Below the pieces are notes generated by a model that was not told where the DNA came from, made no database searches, and saw nothing but the letters and a program-made list of their open reading frames with translations. Below, piece by piece: positions 9,735-20,973 of a stretch of DNA of 64,000 nucleotides. This DNA comes from an uncultured Acidimicrobiaceae bacterium (GTDB lineage Bacteria > Actinomycetota > Acidimicrobiia > Acidimicrobiales > RAAP-2), in the NCBI GenBank assembly GCA_963769775.1, contig CAVYNC010000004.1:95134-159133 (forward strand), written 5' to 3'. Both the position numbers and the translations under genes were made by a program. Each line of letters starts with the position of its first letter. The stretch's first letter is position 1.

Positions 9735-11647
9735 CACGTCCACCACAGCCGGGTCAGCATGAACCCGAGCACCAGCACGGTGCCGATGACGATCCCGAGC
9801 ACATAGTTGCGCACGTACCCGGTCTGGGTGCGCCGTACCAGCGCACCGGTTCCCCGGACGGCGCCGGCGACCCCGTTGACCGCACCGTCGATGACCTTCG
9901 GGTCGATCACGTCGGCGCAGAACGCGGCCAACCGCTCTGACGGACGGCCGAAGACCGCGTCGTAGAGCTCGTTGATGTACCACGCCCCCCGGAGGAAGGC
10001 GGCCTCGAGTTGCGGGCGCTCCGACCGGGTCGACCAGAGACGCACGCCGATGAGTACGAAGACCACCGCGATGACTGCGTCGAGGGTCGCCAGGGTCCAC
10101 ACCGCCGACGAGGAGAGGTGGTCGTCGTAGAGGGTCGACCCGAAAACCGGGTCGACCCACCTGGCCAGCGAGAACCTGCTCGAGGAGATGGCCATCACAC
10201 CGGCCACGGCGGCGAAGAACGACAGGATCCACAGCGGCACCGTCATGATCCACGACGACTCGTGCGGCTCGGCTGCGGATGCGTCGCCGTGGCCGGGTTG
10301 GCCGGCGTCGGACGCCGAGCGGGCCCACCGGTCGGTCCCGAAGAATGCGAGACCGGTGAGGCGGCTCATGTAGTAGGCGGTCAGGGCCGCGGTGACGATG
10401 CCGATCGCCCAGAGGGCGGGGTGGGCCGCCCAGGCGTTCTCGAGCACGTCCCCCTTGGCCCAGAAGCCCGAGAGCGGGGGCACGGCCGCGATGCAGAGCC
10501 AGCCGATGCCGAAGGTGATGAAGGTGATCGGGAGGTACCGACGCAGGTTCCCCATCCGCTTCAAGTCCTGCTCGTCGTGGAGGCCGTGGATGACCGAGCC
10601 GGCCCCGAGGAAGAGGAGGCCCTTGAAGAAGGCATGGGCCACCATCAGGAAGATCGCGGCCTCGTAGGCCCCACACCCGATGGCCAGGAACATGTAGCCG
10701 AGCTGGGACACCGTCGAGTAGGCGAGGACCTTCTTGATGTCCTGCTGGGCGCAGGCGATGGTGGCGGCCACGAACGCGGTGACCGCTCCGACGATGGCCA
10801 CGGTGAGGGCGGCGGCCGGCGAGGCGTGCAGGAGGGGGCTGATCCTGCAGAGCAGGTAGACACCGGCCGTCACCATGGTGGCCGCGTGGATGAGGGCCGA
10901 CACCGGGGTCGGGCCCTCCATGGCGTCGGCCAGCCACGGGAAGAGCGGGATCTGGGCCGACTTGCCCATGACCCCGACCAGGAGCAGGAGGCAGATCGCG
11001 GTGACCCCGGACGATCCGATCTTTCCGATGTTGGCGAAGACGGTCTGGTACTCGAGGGAGTGGACCTTGTCGTAGGTGAGGAAGATGGCCAGGAGGAAGC
11101 CGGCGTCGCCGATCCTGTTGTAGACGAAGGCCTTCTTGCCGGCGCTGGCCGCCGACTCCCGGGTGAACCAGAACGAGACCAGCCAGTACGAGCAGGTCCC
11201 GACGCCCTCCCAGCCGACGTAGGTGACCACCATGTTGCTCCCGAGGACCAGGATGAGCATCGAGGCCACGAAGAGGTTCATGTAGAGGAAGAACTTGGGG
11301 AAGTCCCGGTCGCCTTTCATGTACGCGACCGAGTAGAGGTGGATGAGGGTGCTTATCCCGGTGATGAACAGGACCATGGTCATCGAGAGCGGGTCGACGT
11401 AGAGGCTGGCGTGGACCTGGAGGCGGTCGACCGGTATCCAGGTCCAGAGGTTCTGGGTGTAGGTACGGACCGGTGCCTGCACCGTGAGCAGGTCGAGGTA
11501 GACCCCGAACGAGACCACGAACGATGCAGCCACGAACACGGTGCCGATCACCCCGGCGAGCGGGTCGCCGAGGCGGCGGCCCGCAAGGAGCTGCACCGCG
11601 AACCCGACCAGGGGCAGAAGGATGATGAGGTAGGTGACGTGCAGCAT
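9734..11647 (-). CDS. nuoL: NADH-quinone oxidoreductase subunit L
   Basis: Intact 637-aa ORF MLHVTYLIILLPLVGF with an antiporter-like subunit pattern. Confidence 0.95.
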   Translation of the reverse strand: MLHVTYLIILLPLVGFAVQLLAGRRLGDPLAGVIGTVFVAASFVVSFGVYLDLLTVQAPVRTYTQNLWTWIPVDRLQVHASLYVDPLSMTMVLFITGISTLIHLYSVAYMKGDRDFPKFFLYMNLFVASMLILVLGSNMVVTYVGWEGVGTCSYWLVSFWFTRESAASAGKKAFVYNRIGDAGFLLAIFLTYDKVHSLEYQTVFANIGKIGSSGVTAICLLLLVGVMGKSAQIPLFPWLADAMEGPTPVSALIHAATMVTAGVYLLCRISPLLHASPAAALTVAIVGAVTAFVAATIACAQQDIKKVLAYSTVSQLGYMFLAIGCGAYEAAIFLMVAHAFFKGLLFLGAGSVIHGLHDEQDLKRMGNLRRYLPITFITFGIGWLCIAAVPPLSGFWAKGDVLENAWAAHPALWAIGIVTAALTAYYMSRLTGLAFFGTDRWARSASDAGQPGHGDASAAEPHESSWIMTVPLWILSFFAAVAGVMAISSSRFSLARWVDPVFGSTLYDDHLSSSAVWTLATLDAVIAVVFVLIGVRLWSTRSERPQLEAAFLRGAWYINELYDAVFGRPSERLAAFCADVIDPKVIDGAVNGVAGAVRGTGALVRRTQTGYVRNYVLGIVIGTVLVLGFMLTRLWWT

Positions 11648-11653
11648 CGCCGC

Positions 11654-11959
11654 TCAGCCCCGCATCAGGTGGAGGTCGTCGGCGTTCGCGTTGGCCCGGC
11701 GCCGGAAGATGGCGACCACGATCCCGAGGCCGACCACGACCTCGGCAGCGGCCACCACCAGCACGAAGAAGACCAGGACCTGGCCGCCGATGTCGTGGAG
11801 GACCCGGGCGAAGGTGACGAAGGCCAGATTGGCCGCGTTGAGCATGAGCTCGACGCACATGAACATGATCAGCACGTTGCGGCGCACCAGCACGCCGAGT
11901 GCACCGATGGCGAAGAGGACAACGCTCAGCCCCAGGTACCAGTCCGGGTTGACGGTCAC
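11654..11959 (-). CDS. nuoK: NADH-quinone oxidoreductase subunit K
   Basis: 101-aa ORF with three TM helices ([11 protein letters not shown]). Its GTG start overlaps the nuoJ stop. Confidence 0.95.
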   Translation of the reverse strand: MTVNPDWYLGLSVVLFAIGALGVLVRRNVLIMFMCVELMLNAANLAFVTFARVLHDIGGQVLVFFVLVVAAAEVVVGLGIVVAIFRRRANANADDLHLMRG

Positions 11960-12608
11960 CCGTCCACCTCTCCGACCACCGGCGCCGACGTTGCCCCGAC
12001 CTCGGTGTCCGCCGGGTCGACCTCGAACCCGTCCTCGGGGACCTCGCCACCGTGGGCCGGCGGGCGAGCACCACCGCGCCGACCACGGCGATGATCAGCA
12101 GCGCGGCCGTGGCCTCGAAGGGGAAGAGGTAGGTGGTGTAGAGCGAGGTGCCGAGCAGGTTGACGTTGGGCTGGCCGGTGTCCGATCCGGCCACGTGGGG
12201 CGCCCCGGTCACCCAGTGGGAGACCTGGCCGAGCAGGAGCAGCCCGGTGGTCCCGAGCGCGACCAGCGCGATGGCCAGGGGCCGCTGCCCGCGCAGCGGC
12301 TCGGCGGCGATGTTCTCCTCGCGGTCGACACCGAGGAACATGATGACGAAGAGGAAGAGAACCACGATCGCGCCGGCATAGACGATGACCTGCACCGCGG
12401 CCAGGAAGCTCGCCTGCTGGAGCACGAACAGGACGGCCACCCCGAACAGGGTCATGATCAGCATGAGCGCCGAGTGGACCGGATTGCGGGACACGACCAC
12501 ACCGATCGCCCCGGCGAGGATGATCGCCGCAGCGACCGAGAAGACCCCGACGTCCACCCAGGACGCGTGGGTGGCCGCCAGCAGTGTGGCGACAAGGGAC
12601 GTGGTCAC
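11956..12608 (-). pseudogene. nuoJ: NADH-quinone oxidoreductase subunit J, one frameshift as assembled
   Basis: The core (VTTSLVATLLAATHASW...VYAGAIVVLFLFVIMFLG...AVVLARRP) lies in the frame of ORF 8166..13100, from GTG 12608. The tail ([17 protein letters not shown]...VDG, stop 11956) lies in the frame of ORF 11956..13578. The join is near 12050-12065. Confidence 0.85.
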
Positions 12609-13578
12609 CCCTCCCCCAGTCGCCCTCTGCGCGGTCCGCGCCGTCTGCTCGGTCTGCGCCGTCTGCGCCGTCTGCTCGGTCTGCGCCGTCTGCTCGGTTG
12701 TCTGCGCTGTCTGCGCTGTCTGCGCCGCCGGTCTCCTCTGGGCCGAGCTCGGAATTGCCAGCGGCGAGCGCCTCGGCGTAGGCGGTGTCTGCCCGCTCGC
12801 GGTGCTTCCTGCCGGCGCCGGGGGCGAACCGCTCGGCCTTCTCCAGCATCCGTCCGATGGCGCCGCGGGGGCCGCGCTTGGCCGCGGGCAGGTCCGCTGG
12901 GCGCAGGTGCCGCTCGAGTGTGTCCCGTAGTTGCATGCTGCCGGTGGTTGCGTCGTCACGCCGGCCGCTCTGACCGGACTCGGGCGACCGCACGCCGTAG
13001 CCGAGCTCGCCCGACCACTGGACCTCGCCCTCGAACTCTGCGCTGCCGGACGGTGAGGTGGCCCGCATCCAACCCGATGTGTGCAGGTCGTCCTCCTCAC
13101 GCCAGTCCTCCCATGGCTGGCGGCGCGGCCGACCCTCGTCGTCTACCAGCAGCTCCTCCTTGGTGTAGATCGCGTCACCCCGGTTGGTGAAGGAGAACTC
13201 CATCAGCTTGGTCTCGGTGATGGCCTCGGTCGGGCAGGCCTCAACGCAGAGGTCGCAGTGGATGCACCGCAGGAAGTTGATCTCGTAGACGTAGCCGTAC
13301 CGCTCGCCCGGCGAGACGGGGTGGTCCGGCGGATTGTCGAGGCCGCGGACGTAGATGCAGTCGGCCGGGCAGACCCCTGCGCAGAGCTCGCAACCGATGC
13401 ACTTCTCCATGCCGTCCTCGTACCGGTTGAGGACGTGGCGCCCGTGCTGGCGCGGCTGCTTCGGCCGCTTCTCCTCGGGGTACTGCCGGGTGACCGGGGG
13501 ACGGCCGAGGTGCTCGAGGGTGAGCTTGAACCCACCCAGGAAGTTCTGCCGGCCGTGGGGGACGTCGGGGACCACCAT
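12605..13578 (-). CDS. nuoI: NADH-quinone oxidoreductase subunit I with an unusual ~130-aa C-terminal extension; 3' end unresolved
   Basis: ATG 13578 overlaps the nuoH stop. Two 4Fe-4S motifs are present (CIGCELCAGVCP, CIHCDLCVEACP). The open frame continues through the ADx repeats and, as assembled, through all of nuoJ to 11956. The expected stop is near the nuoJ GTG at 12608. Confidence 0.8.
12622..12723. repeat. 9-bp tandem repeat (GCAGACNNN on the minus strand), about 11 units, at the nuoI/nuoJ junction
   Basis: The plus strand reads GTCTGCGCC/GTCTGCTCG iterated. It translates as ADS/ADG/ADR in the nuoI frame and AQT/EQT in the nuoJ frame. Confidence 0.9.
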
Positions 13579-14840
13579 CAGCGGTCACCTCCTTCGTTCG
13601 ACGCGCCAGGCGCGACCGGATCGCTCGGACGGCTCCAGAGCCGGATCCCCAACTGGGGCACGACCGCCCGGGTCTGTGCGCGCTCGGCGCCGACTGAGAA
13701 CGCACGGGTCATGAGCGGGGCGGCGACAAGGACGGCTGCGACCATGCCGATGCCCCACCAGCCGTCGATCACGAACCCGGCCACGATCATCAGCCAGCCC
13801 AGGGACAAAGGGATCAGCCGCTTCCAGCCGAGGTCCATGAGCTGGTCGTAGCGCAGGCGGGGCAGGGCGGCCCGCAGCCACACGAACACGAACAGGAACA
13901 CGATGGTCTTGGCCAGGAACCAGACGATCGGCCAGAGCCACTGGGTGTGGGGGATGTGGGGGATCGGACCGTCGGGACCGCCGAAGAACAGGGTGACCGT
14001 GATCGCCGACATGGTGATGGTGTTCATGAATTCGGCCAGGAAGAAGAGTGCGAACCGGATCGACGAGTACTCGGTCACGAAGCCCCCGACGAGCTCCGAG
14101 TCGGCCTCGACCAGGTCGAAGGGGGGGCGGTTGGTCTCCGCGATCACCGCGGTGAAGAAGATCACGAAGGGCACGACGGCCAGGCGGATGACGTTCCACT
14201 GCCAGAAGTGGGGTGCTTGGCCTTCCACGATCGCCCTGGTCGAGAGCGACCCGGTGATGAGCACCACCATGACCACCGTCATCCCGAGGGCCGCCTCGTA
14301 GGAGATCATCTGCGCCGAGGCCCTGACCGACCCGAGCAGCGGGTACTTCGACCCCGACGACCAGCCGGCCAGCATGATGCCGTAGACGCCGATGGCAGAC
14401 ATGGCCAGGAGGAAGAGGATGCCCATGGGCGGATCGGCCAGCTGGAGCTCGAAGGTGTGGCCGGCAATCGTGACCTCGCCACCTATGGGGACGATCGCAA
14501 AGCTGAGGAAGGCCGGGATGATGGTCAGGTAGGGCGCCAGCTTGAAGACGAAGCGATCGGCCTGGTCGGGCAGGAGGTCTTCCTTGAAGAAGAGCTTGAT
14601 CCCGTCGGCGAGCGTCTGGGCGATGCCGAACGGCCCGGCCCGGTTGGGCCCGATCCGGCTCTGCATGTCGGAGATGACCTTGCGCTCGAACCAGATCATC
14701 AGCATCACGGCCACCATCAGCGCACCGAAGACGACCAGCACCTTGATCAGCACGATGAGCAGGACGACCCAGTCCACCCCGCCCGCGTAGAGGGGATCGG
14801 TGCCGATCAGCAACGCGGCGAGGTGCGCCGACGGGCTCAC
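13578..14840 (-). CDS. nuoH: NADH-quinone oxidoreductase subunit H
   Basis: C-terminal 420 aa of ORF 13578..15503, from GTG 14840 (overlaps the nuoG stop). Motifs: MIWFERKVISDMQSRIGPNR and AETNRPPFDLVEADSELVGG. Intact. Confidence 0.95.
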   Translation of the reverse strand: MSPSAHLAALLIGTDPLYAGGVDWVVLLIVLIKVLVVFGALMVAVMLMIWFERKVISDMQSRIGPNRAGPFGIAQTLADGIKLFFKEDLLPDQADRFVFKLAPYLTIIPAFLSFAIVPIGGEVTIAGHTFELQLADPPMGILFLLAMSAIGVYGIMLAGWSSGSKYPLLGSVRASAQMISYEAALGMTVVMVVLITGSLSTRAIVEGQAPHFWQWNVIRLAVVPFVIFFTAVIAETNRPPFDLVEADSELVGGFVTEYSSIRFALFFLAEFMNTITMSAITVTLFFGGPDGPIPHIPHTQWLWPIVWFLAKTIVFLFVFVWLRAALPRLRYDQLMDLGWKRLIPLSLGWLMIVAGFVIDGWWGIGMVAAVLVAAPLMTRAFSVGAERAQTRAVVPQLGIRLWSRPSDPVAPGASNEGGDR

Positions 14841-17573
14841 GGGGTCTCCATCCGCAGGTCGACCACCGGGAATGCCCGGTCGATGAGGTCGGCGACGGTG
14901 CCGTCGCCGAACGGGACGTTGAATTCGGTGGCCACGACCCGGCGGGGCAATGATTCGTCGGGTTCGACAGCAACGACGGCCGAGGTGGTGGCCGAGCGCA
15001 GCCGCACCAGTCCGCCGGCTGGAACGCCGAGGTCGTCGAGATCGTGCGGGTTGGCCCGGAGCGGCGCGGGCTCCACCAGTCCGGAGAGCGTGCCCGTCGC
15101 TCCGACGGCAGCGCCGCGGTCGTAGAGGGTGCGCGAGGCGATCAGGCGGACCGAGTAGCTGTCCGGCGGAGCCACGTGTGGCACGACGAGATCGACCGGA
15201 CCGGACAGCGGGGAAGGACGTGCGGGGCGGTCCCCGTCCTCGGACACGGCGGCGTGGGTGTCGGCGCCGGTGATCGACGCACTGGGCGACCCGGCCATCC
15301 CCGCCCGAGCTGGCGCGCCCTGGCGCTCGACCGACTCCACACCGGGCACGGCGATCGGGTCGAGCGGGCGGCGCCGGCGAGGGAGACCGGGCTCGAGCCG
15401 AGGGGGGCCACGATGCCGTCGGCGGCGCCGTCGGAGTCGAGGACGGCCTGGGTGATGCCCCGGTGGGAGGCGGCCACCTGCTCGATCTCGTCCCAGACGG
15501 CACCCACCGAGTCGAACCCGAGGTCGCTGCCCAGGTGGACCGCGAGCTCGGCGGCGATCATCCAGTCCGGCCATGCCTGTCCTGGAGGCACCAGCTTCTG
15601 CCCGACCCGGAAGATCCGCCCCTCGATGTTGGTGGTCGTGCCGGGCCGCTCGTGCGCCTCGGCAGCGGGCAGCACCACGTCGGCGTGGTCGAGTGCCGCC
15701 CCGGGGGCGCTCGCCACCGCCACTACGAACGCCGCGCCGTCGAGGGCACGGCCGGCGAGGCGCCGGTCCGGGAAGTCGGTGAGCGGGTCCGCGCCGAGGA
15801 GGACGAGCGCCCTGATCCGGTCCCCCTCTGCCTGGTCACCGGCTGCCGCTGCCAGGATGTCGGCCGATCCACGGCCGCGGGCCGCCGGCACCGATCCCCA
15901 GGCGGCCTCGAACCAGGCCCGACCGTCCTCCAGGGCGACCCGGCCGGGTAGGACCCCTGGGGCGAGTCCCATGTCGAGGGCGCCCATCACGTTGCCGCGG
16001 CGCAGGGCGGGGAGGAAGCGTGGCCTCGGGCAGCGCCCGGGCGAGGACCTGGGCGGCCTCGGCCACCAGCTCGCCGTCCTCGGCCAGCGAGGGGCGGCCG
16101 ACGACGACGACGACCGGACCGGCGCCGATCAGTCGGCGCGCCTCGGCGAGCGCGGCGGCGTCTCCCGACTCGGCCCGATCCGGCGCCCTCGCCGACCAGC
16201 GCCTCGGCGAGGGCGATGGCCTGGCCCGGGGCGTAGCGGAGGGAGGCCGCGGCGTAGGGGGTCAGCGAGGTGGCCTGGGGCGAGAGCTCGACCAGCGACG
16301 GTCGCCGCCGACCGCCGCGGCCCGCAGCCGGAGGAAGAGGACCGGCAGCTCCTCGCGGACGTCACCGGTGAGCAGGATCACGGTGCGCGCCTCGGCGGCC
16401 TGGTCGATGGTGGCCCGGGGCAGGCCGAGGACGACCTCGGCGGGCAGGCCGTCGCCGAGCTGGGCGTCGACCGAGTCGGTGCCGAGCACCCCCTTGGCCA
16501 GGCGGGCCCAGGCGTAGGCCCCCTCGTTGGTGAGGCGTGCGCCGCCGACCACCCCGACCGGCCTCTGCACCGGCGTCGTCGCGGACCGACTGCAGCCCGG
16601 CGGCGACCGCGGCCAGGGCCTCGTGCCAGGAGGTCGGCACCAGGGTCGCCGTCCTTGCGGACCATGGGCTCGACCAGCCGGTCCTCGCGGTTGACCGCGT
16701 CGGCCGCGAACCGGCCCTTGTCGCAGAGCCAGCCGTGGTTGACCGGGTCGATGTCGATGCCGAGCAGGCGGGTCAGGCGGTTGGACGACGACTGCACGGC
16801 CACCCGGCAGCCGACCGCGCAGGTGGTGCAGGTGGACTCGACCTGGTCGAGGTCCCACGGTCGGGCCGCGAACCGGTACGGCGTCGCGGTCAGCGCCCCG
16901 ACCGGGCAGATCTGCACGGTGTTGCCCGAGAAGTAGGAGGTGAAGGGCAGCTCGGGGAACGTGCCGACCTCGATCTGCTCGCCCCGGCCGACGAAGTCGA
17001 TCTGGGCCTCGCCCGCCACCTCGTCGGCGAAGCGGGTGCACCGGCTGCACTGGATGCACCGCTCGCGGTCGAGCAGGACGAGCTCGGAGATCGGGATCGG
17101 CTTCTCGAAGTGGCGCTTCTCCTCGACGAACCGGGTCTCGCCCGGGACCGTAGGCCAGGGTCTGGTCCTGGAGCGGGCACTCGCCGCCCTTGTCGCAGAC
17201 CGGGCAGTCGAGCGGGTGGTTGATGAGGAGGAACTCGAGGACCCCGTCCTGGGCCTTCTTGACCTTGGCGGAGTCGGTGGTGACCTCCATGCCGGGGGCG
17301 GCCTCGATGAAGCAGCTCGGCTGCAGCGTGGCGCCGCGGGGGCCGCTGACCTCGACCAGGCACATCCGGCAGACGCCGACCGACTCCATCCGCGGGTGGT
17401 AGCAGAAGCGGGGGATGAAGGTGCCCGGCCCGCTCGGCCGCGGCGATGAGCAGCTCGCCCTTGCGGGCGCCGCGCCGGGCGGCCGTCGAGGGTGAACTCG
17501 AAGTCGGGTCGTCCGCCGTGGACGGCGTGGACGTGGTGTCGGCCGCGGACGTGGAGGAGGCCGGGTCAGCCAT
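14837..17573 (-). pseudogene. nuoG: NADH-quinone oxidoreductase subunit G, about ten frame breaks as assembled
   Basis: Conserved pieces are spread over all three frames: [116 protein letters not shown], and the C-terminus ...VVDLRMETP. ATG 17573 overlaps the nuoF stop. Confidence 0.9.
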
Positions 17574-18872
17574 AGGGGCAGGCCCCCTCCTTGATGTGGA
17601 CGAGGAACTCGTCACGGAAGATGGTGATGGCCGAGCTGATCGACGAGGGGATGGACGGCCCGAGCACGCAGATGGTGGTCTGCTGGGGCGGCCAGGTCAC
17701 CCCGGGGGCGATGTTGTCGCACGCGTCGAGCAGGAGGTCGAGGTCCTCCTCGCGGCCGTGACCGCGCTCGATGCGCTCCATGATCCGCTCGAGCCAACCC
17801 GAGCCCTCGCGGCATGGCGTGCACTGACCACAGGACTCGCGCGAGAAGAACTTGGTGATCCGCCACGCGGCCCGCACCGCGCAGGTGTGGTCGTCCATCA
17901 CCACCACCGAGCCCGAGCCGAGCATGGAGCCGGCCGCGGCCGACCTCGTCCTGGCCGAGCGGGAGGTCGACCTGGTCGGGTCCGAACCACGGCGCGGACA
18001 CCCCGCCGGGGATGAACGCCTTCAGGCCGCGGCCGTGGGGGATGCCGCCACCGAGCAGGGGGGCGAAGATCAGGTCGCGGAACGTGGTCTTGACCATCTC
18101 GAGCTCGTAGACGCCCGGCTTGGCGACGTGGCCGGCCAGGGCGAACAGCCGGGTGCCGGTCGAGCGGCCCTCGCCCAGCGCGGGCGAAGGCCGCGCCCCC
18201 GTTGAGCATGATCCAGGGGAGGTTGGACATGGTCTCGACGTTGTTGACCACCGTCGGCTCCCCGTACAGGCCGATGGCCGCCGGGAAGAACGGCGGCTTG
18301 ATCCGGGGAAAGCCGCGCTTTCCCTCGAGGGACTCGAGGAGGGCGGTCTCCTCTCCGCAGATGTAGGCACCCGCACCCGGGTGGACGACCACGTCGACCG
18401 AGAAGCCCGAACCGAAGATGTCCCTTCCGACGGCGCCGTGGGCGTAGGCATCGTTGAGGGCGGCCTGGACCCGCTCGAGCCCGAGGGCGAACTCGCCGCG
18501 GACGAAGATGAAGGCCTGGGTGACCTGCAGTGCGTAGGCGGCGATGACCACGCCCTCGATGAGCTGGTGGGGGTCGCGCTCGAGGAGCAGGTGGTCCTTG
18601 AAGGTGGCCGGCTCGGACTCGTCGCCGTTGACCACCAGGTAGGTGACCGGGTTCTTCCGGAGCATCGACCACTTGCGGCCGGCGGGGAACCCGGCGCCGC
18701 CCCGGCCGAGCAGACTGGCCGCGTCCACCTCGGCGGCGACCGCCTCGGGGGTCATGGTGAGCGCCTTGCGCAGTCCGTCGTACCCGCCGGTCGCGAGGTA
18801 CCGCTCGAGCGTGTGCGAATCGTCGTAGCCGAGCCGGGAGGTGACGATCTTCGGAGCGTCGGTGATCGCCAT
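17566..18872 (-). pseudogene. nuoF: NADH-quinone oxidoreductase subunit F, two frameshifts as assembled
   Basis: Starts MAITDAPKIV. Contains GRGGAGFPAGRKW (FMN site), GAGAYICGEETALLESLEG and, in the third piece, ESCGQCTPCREG. Joins lie near 18190 and 17930. Confidence 0.9.
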
Positions 18873-19568
18873 CAGGCGCGCTCCCCGCCCGGTGCGGCTT
18901 TCTCGGCGTCCCGCGCCTCCCTGGCCTCGGCCGCCGCCCGCCGTTCCTCGGCCACCGCCGCGGGATCGACCTCGAGACCGTTGGCCCGGCGCACCCTGCA
19001 CAGGGTTCCGTGCGGCGGGATCTCGTCGTCACGGGCACCCGAACGGAGGTCGGCGACCAGCTGGTCGAACGACGACGGTGTCTGTGCGCCCACGTACCGG
19101 TGGTTGACCTGCACGCAGGGGACCCGGTCGCAGTCGGCGAGGCACTCGGCCTCCTCCAGGGTGACCGTCCCGTCCGGCGGTGGTCCCGCCGACCCCGATC
19201 CCGAGCGAGGACTCGGCGTGCTCGAGCAGCTCGGCCGCCCCACCGAGGAGGCAGGCGATGTTGGTGCAGACCGACACCACGTACCGTCCGACCGGCTCGG
19301 TGTGGAGCATGTCGTAGAAGGACGCCGTCCCGAGCACCTCGCCCGGGGTGACCCCGACCAGGCCGGCGATGTCCACCATCGCCTCGGGGGTCAGCCACCC
19401 GTCCTGCTCCTGGGCGAGATGACAGAGCGGGATGAGTGCCGAGCGGGGCTCGGGGTAGAGGGAGATCAACCGGCGGGCGCGGGTCAGGGTTTCGGTGGAC
19501 AGGTGGGAGGGCGCCCGCGGCGCGGCGCGACGGGAGGGGGAGGGGGTGATCGCTGCGCTGGCGGTCAC
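18872..19568 (-). pseudogene. nuoE: NADH-quinone oxidoreductase subunit E, one frameshift as assembled
   Basis: GTG 19568 overlaps the nuoD stop. Contains RSALIPLCHLAQEQDGWL, VSVCTNIACLLGG, then after a shift near 19185 TLEEAECLADCDRVPCVQVN. Confidence 0.9.
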
Positions 19569-20973
19569 CGGTCGACCTCGCCCATGACCGGGTCGATCGA
19601 CGAGCACGCCGCGACCGCGTCGGCCAGCAGGCCGCCGCGCATCATCACCGGGACGCCCTGGAGGTTGACGAAACTCGGCCCGCGGATGTGCATGCGGTAG
19701 GGCTTGGGCGATCCGTCGGAGACCAGGTAGCAGCCGAGCTCCCCGCGGGGTGACTCGACGGCCACGTAGACCTCGCCCTCGGGGACCCGGAACCCCTCGG
19801 TGAAGACCTTGAAGTGGTGGATCAGGGCCTCCATCGACTCGTCGATCCGGCCGCGGGGCGGCGGGGTGACCTTCTTGTCCTGCACCCGGTAGTCGCCGGC
19901 CGGCATCTTCTCGACGATCTGGCGGATGATCCGGATCGATTCGCGGATCTCGTTGAGGCGGATCGAGTACCGGTCGAAATTGTCGCCGAAGGTCCCCACG
20001 ATGACGTCGAACTCGACCTCGTCGTAGCGCAGGTAGGGCATCGACCGCCGGAGGTCCCACGGCACGCCGGTCGAGCGCAGGATGGGACCGGTCAGCGAGA
20101 GGGCGATGGCCTCCTCGGCCGAGATGTTGCCGATCCCCTCGGACCGGCGCCGGAAGAGCGGTTGACCGGTGAGCAGCTCGTCGTACTCGTGGGTGCGGGG
20201 CAGGACGGTGTCGCAGATGATGCTGACGTCGTCCTCCCAACCGTCGGGGAGATCGGCGGCGGTGCCGCCGGGCCGGATGAAGTTGTGGTTCATCCGCAGA
20301 CCGGTGGTCTTCTCGAAGAAGGCCAGGATCATCTCCCGCTCGCGGAACCCGTAGATCATCATCGACGTCGAGCCGATGTCCATCCCGTTGGTGGCCATCC
20401 ACATCAGGTGGGACGAGACCCGGTTGAGCTCGACCAGGAGCATCCGGATCCAGTCCGAGCGGGGCGGCATCTCGAGACCGAGGAGCGCCTCGACGGCGAG
20501 GGACAGGACCAGCTCGTTGTGGAGCGGGGAGAGGTAGTCCATCCGGGTGACGTTGGTCGACCCCTGGACGTAGGTGAGCTCCTCGGCCGTCTTCTCCATG
20601 CCGGTGTGGAGGTAGCCGATGACCGGCTTGGTGCGCAGCACCGTCTCGCCCTCGAGCTCGATCATGAGCCGGAGCACGCCGTGGGTGGAGGGGTGCTGCG
20701 GACCCATGTTGATGATCATCGACTCGTCGTCGGACCGTTCGACATCGATGTCGGACGGGTCGACGGCGACACCCTCGGGAAGGCGGAGCACCGCGCCGAC
20801 CTCGCGGCGGAGCTCGTCGGGTGGGGTCGCGTCGCGGGACCGAGCTCCTGGTCGCCCTCGGAGGTCTCGACGATCAGGCCCGCGTCGGTGCCGTCGGGCG
20901 CGGGCTCGTCGTAGCGGGCACCGGAGAGCGGGTCCGGCAGCTCGGTGTCCGTGTGCCGGGTGGAGTCGCTCAT
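19565..20973 (-). pseudogene. nuoD: NADH-quinone oxidoreductase subunit D, one frameshift in the N-terminal extension as assembled
   Basis: ORF 19565..20791 holds the intact core (NMGPQHPSTHGVLRL). The probable true start MSDSTRHTDTEL at ATG 20973 (ATGA overlap with the nuoC stop) is in another frame. The join is near 20830. Confidence 0.9.

Noticed and set aside
12622-12723. CRISPR-like appearance of the short repeats at the nuoI/nuoJ junction.
   Set aside because: The period is only 9 bp with no spacers, the repeats lie inside coding sequence, and no cas genes are present. It is a coding microsatellite-type tandem repeat.
8166-13100. 1644-aa minus-strand ORF, the longest in the window.
   Set aside because: It is a composite. 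Its C-terminal third is genuine NuoM and a central stretch is genuine NuoJ. The rest is out-of-frame read-through across nuoL, nuoK and nuoI, kept open only by GC-rich codon bias. The genes are annotated individually instead.
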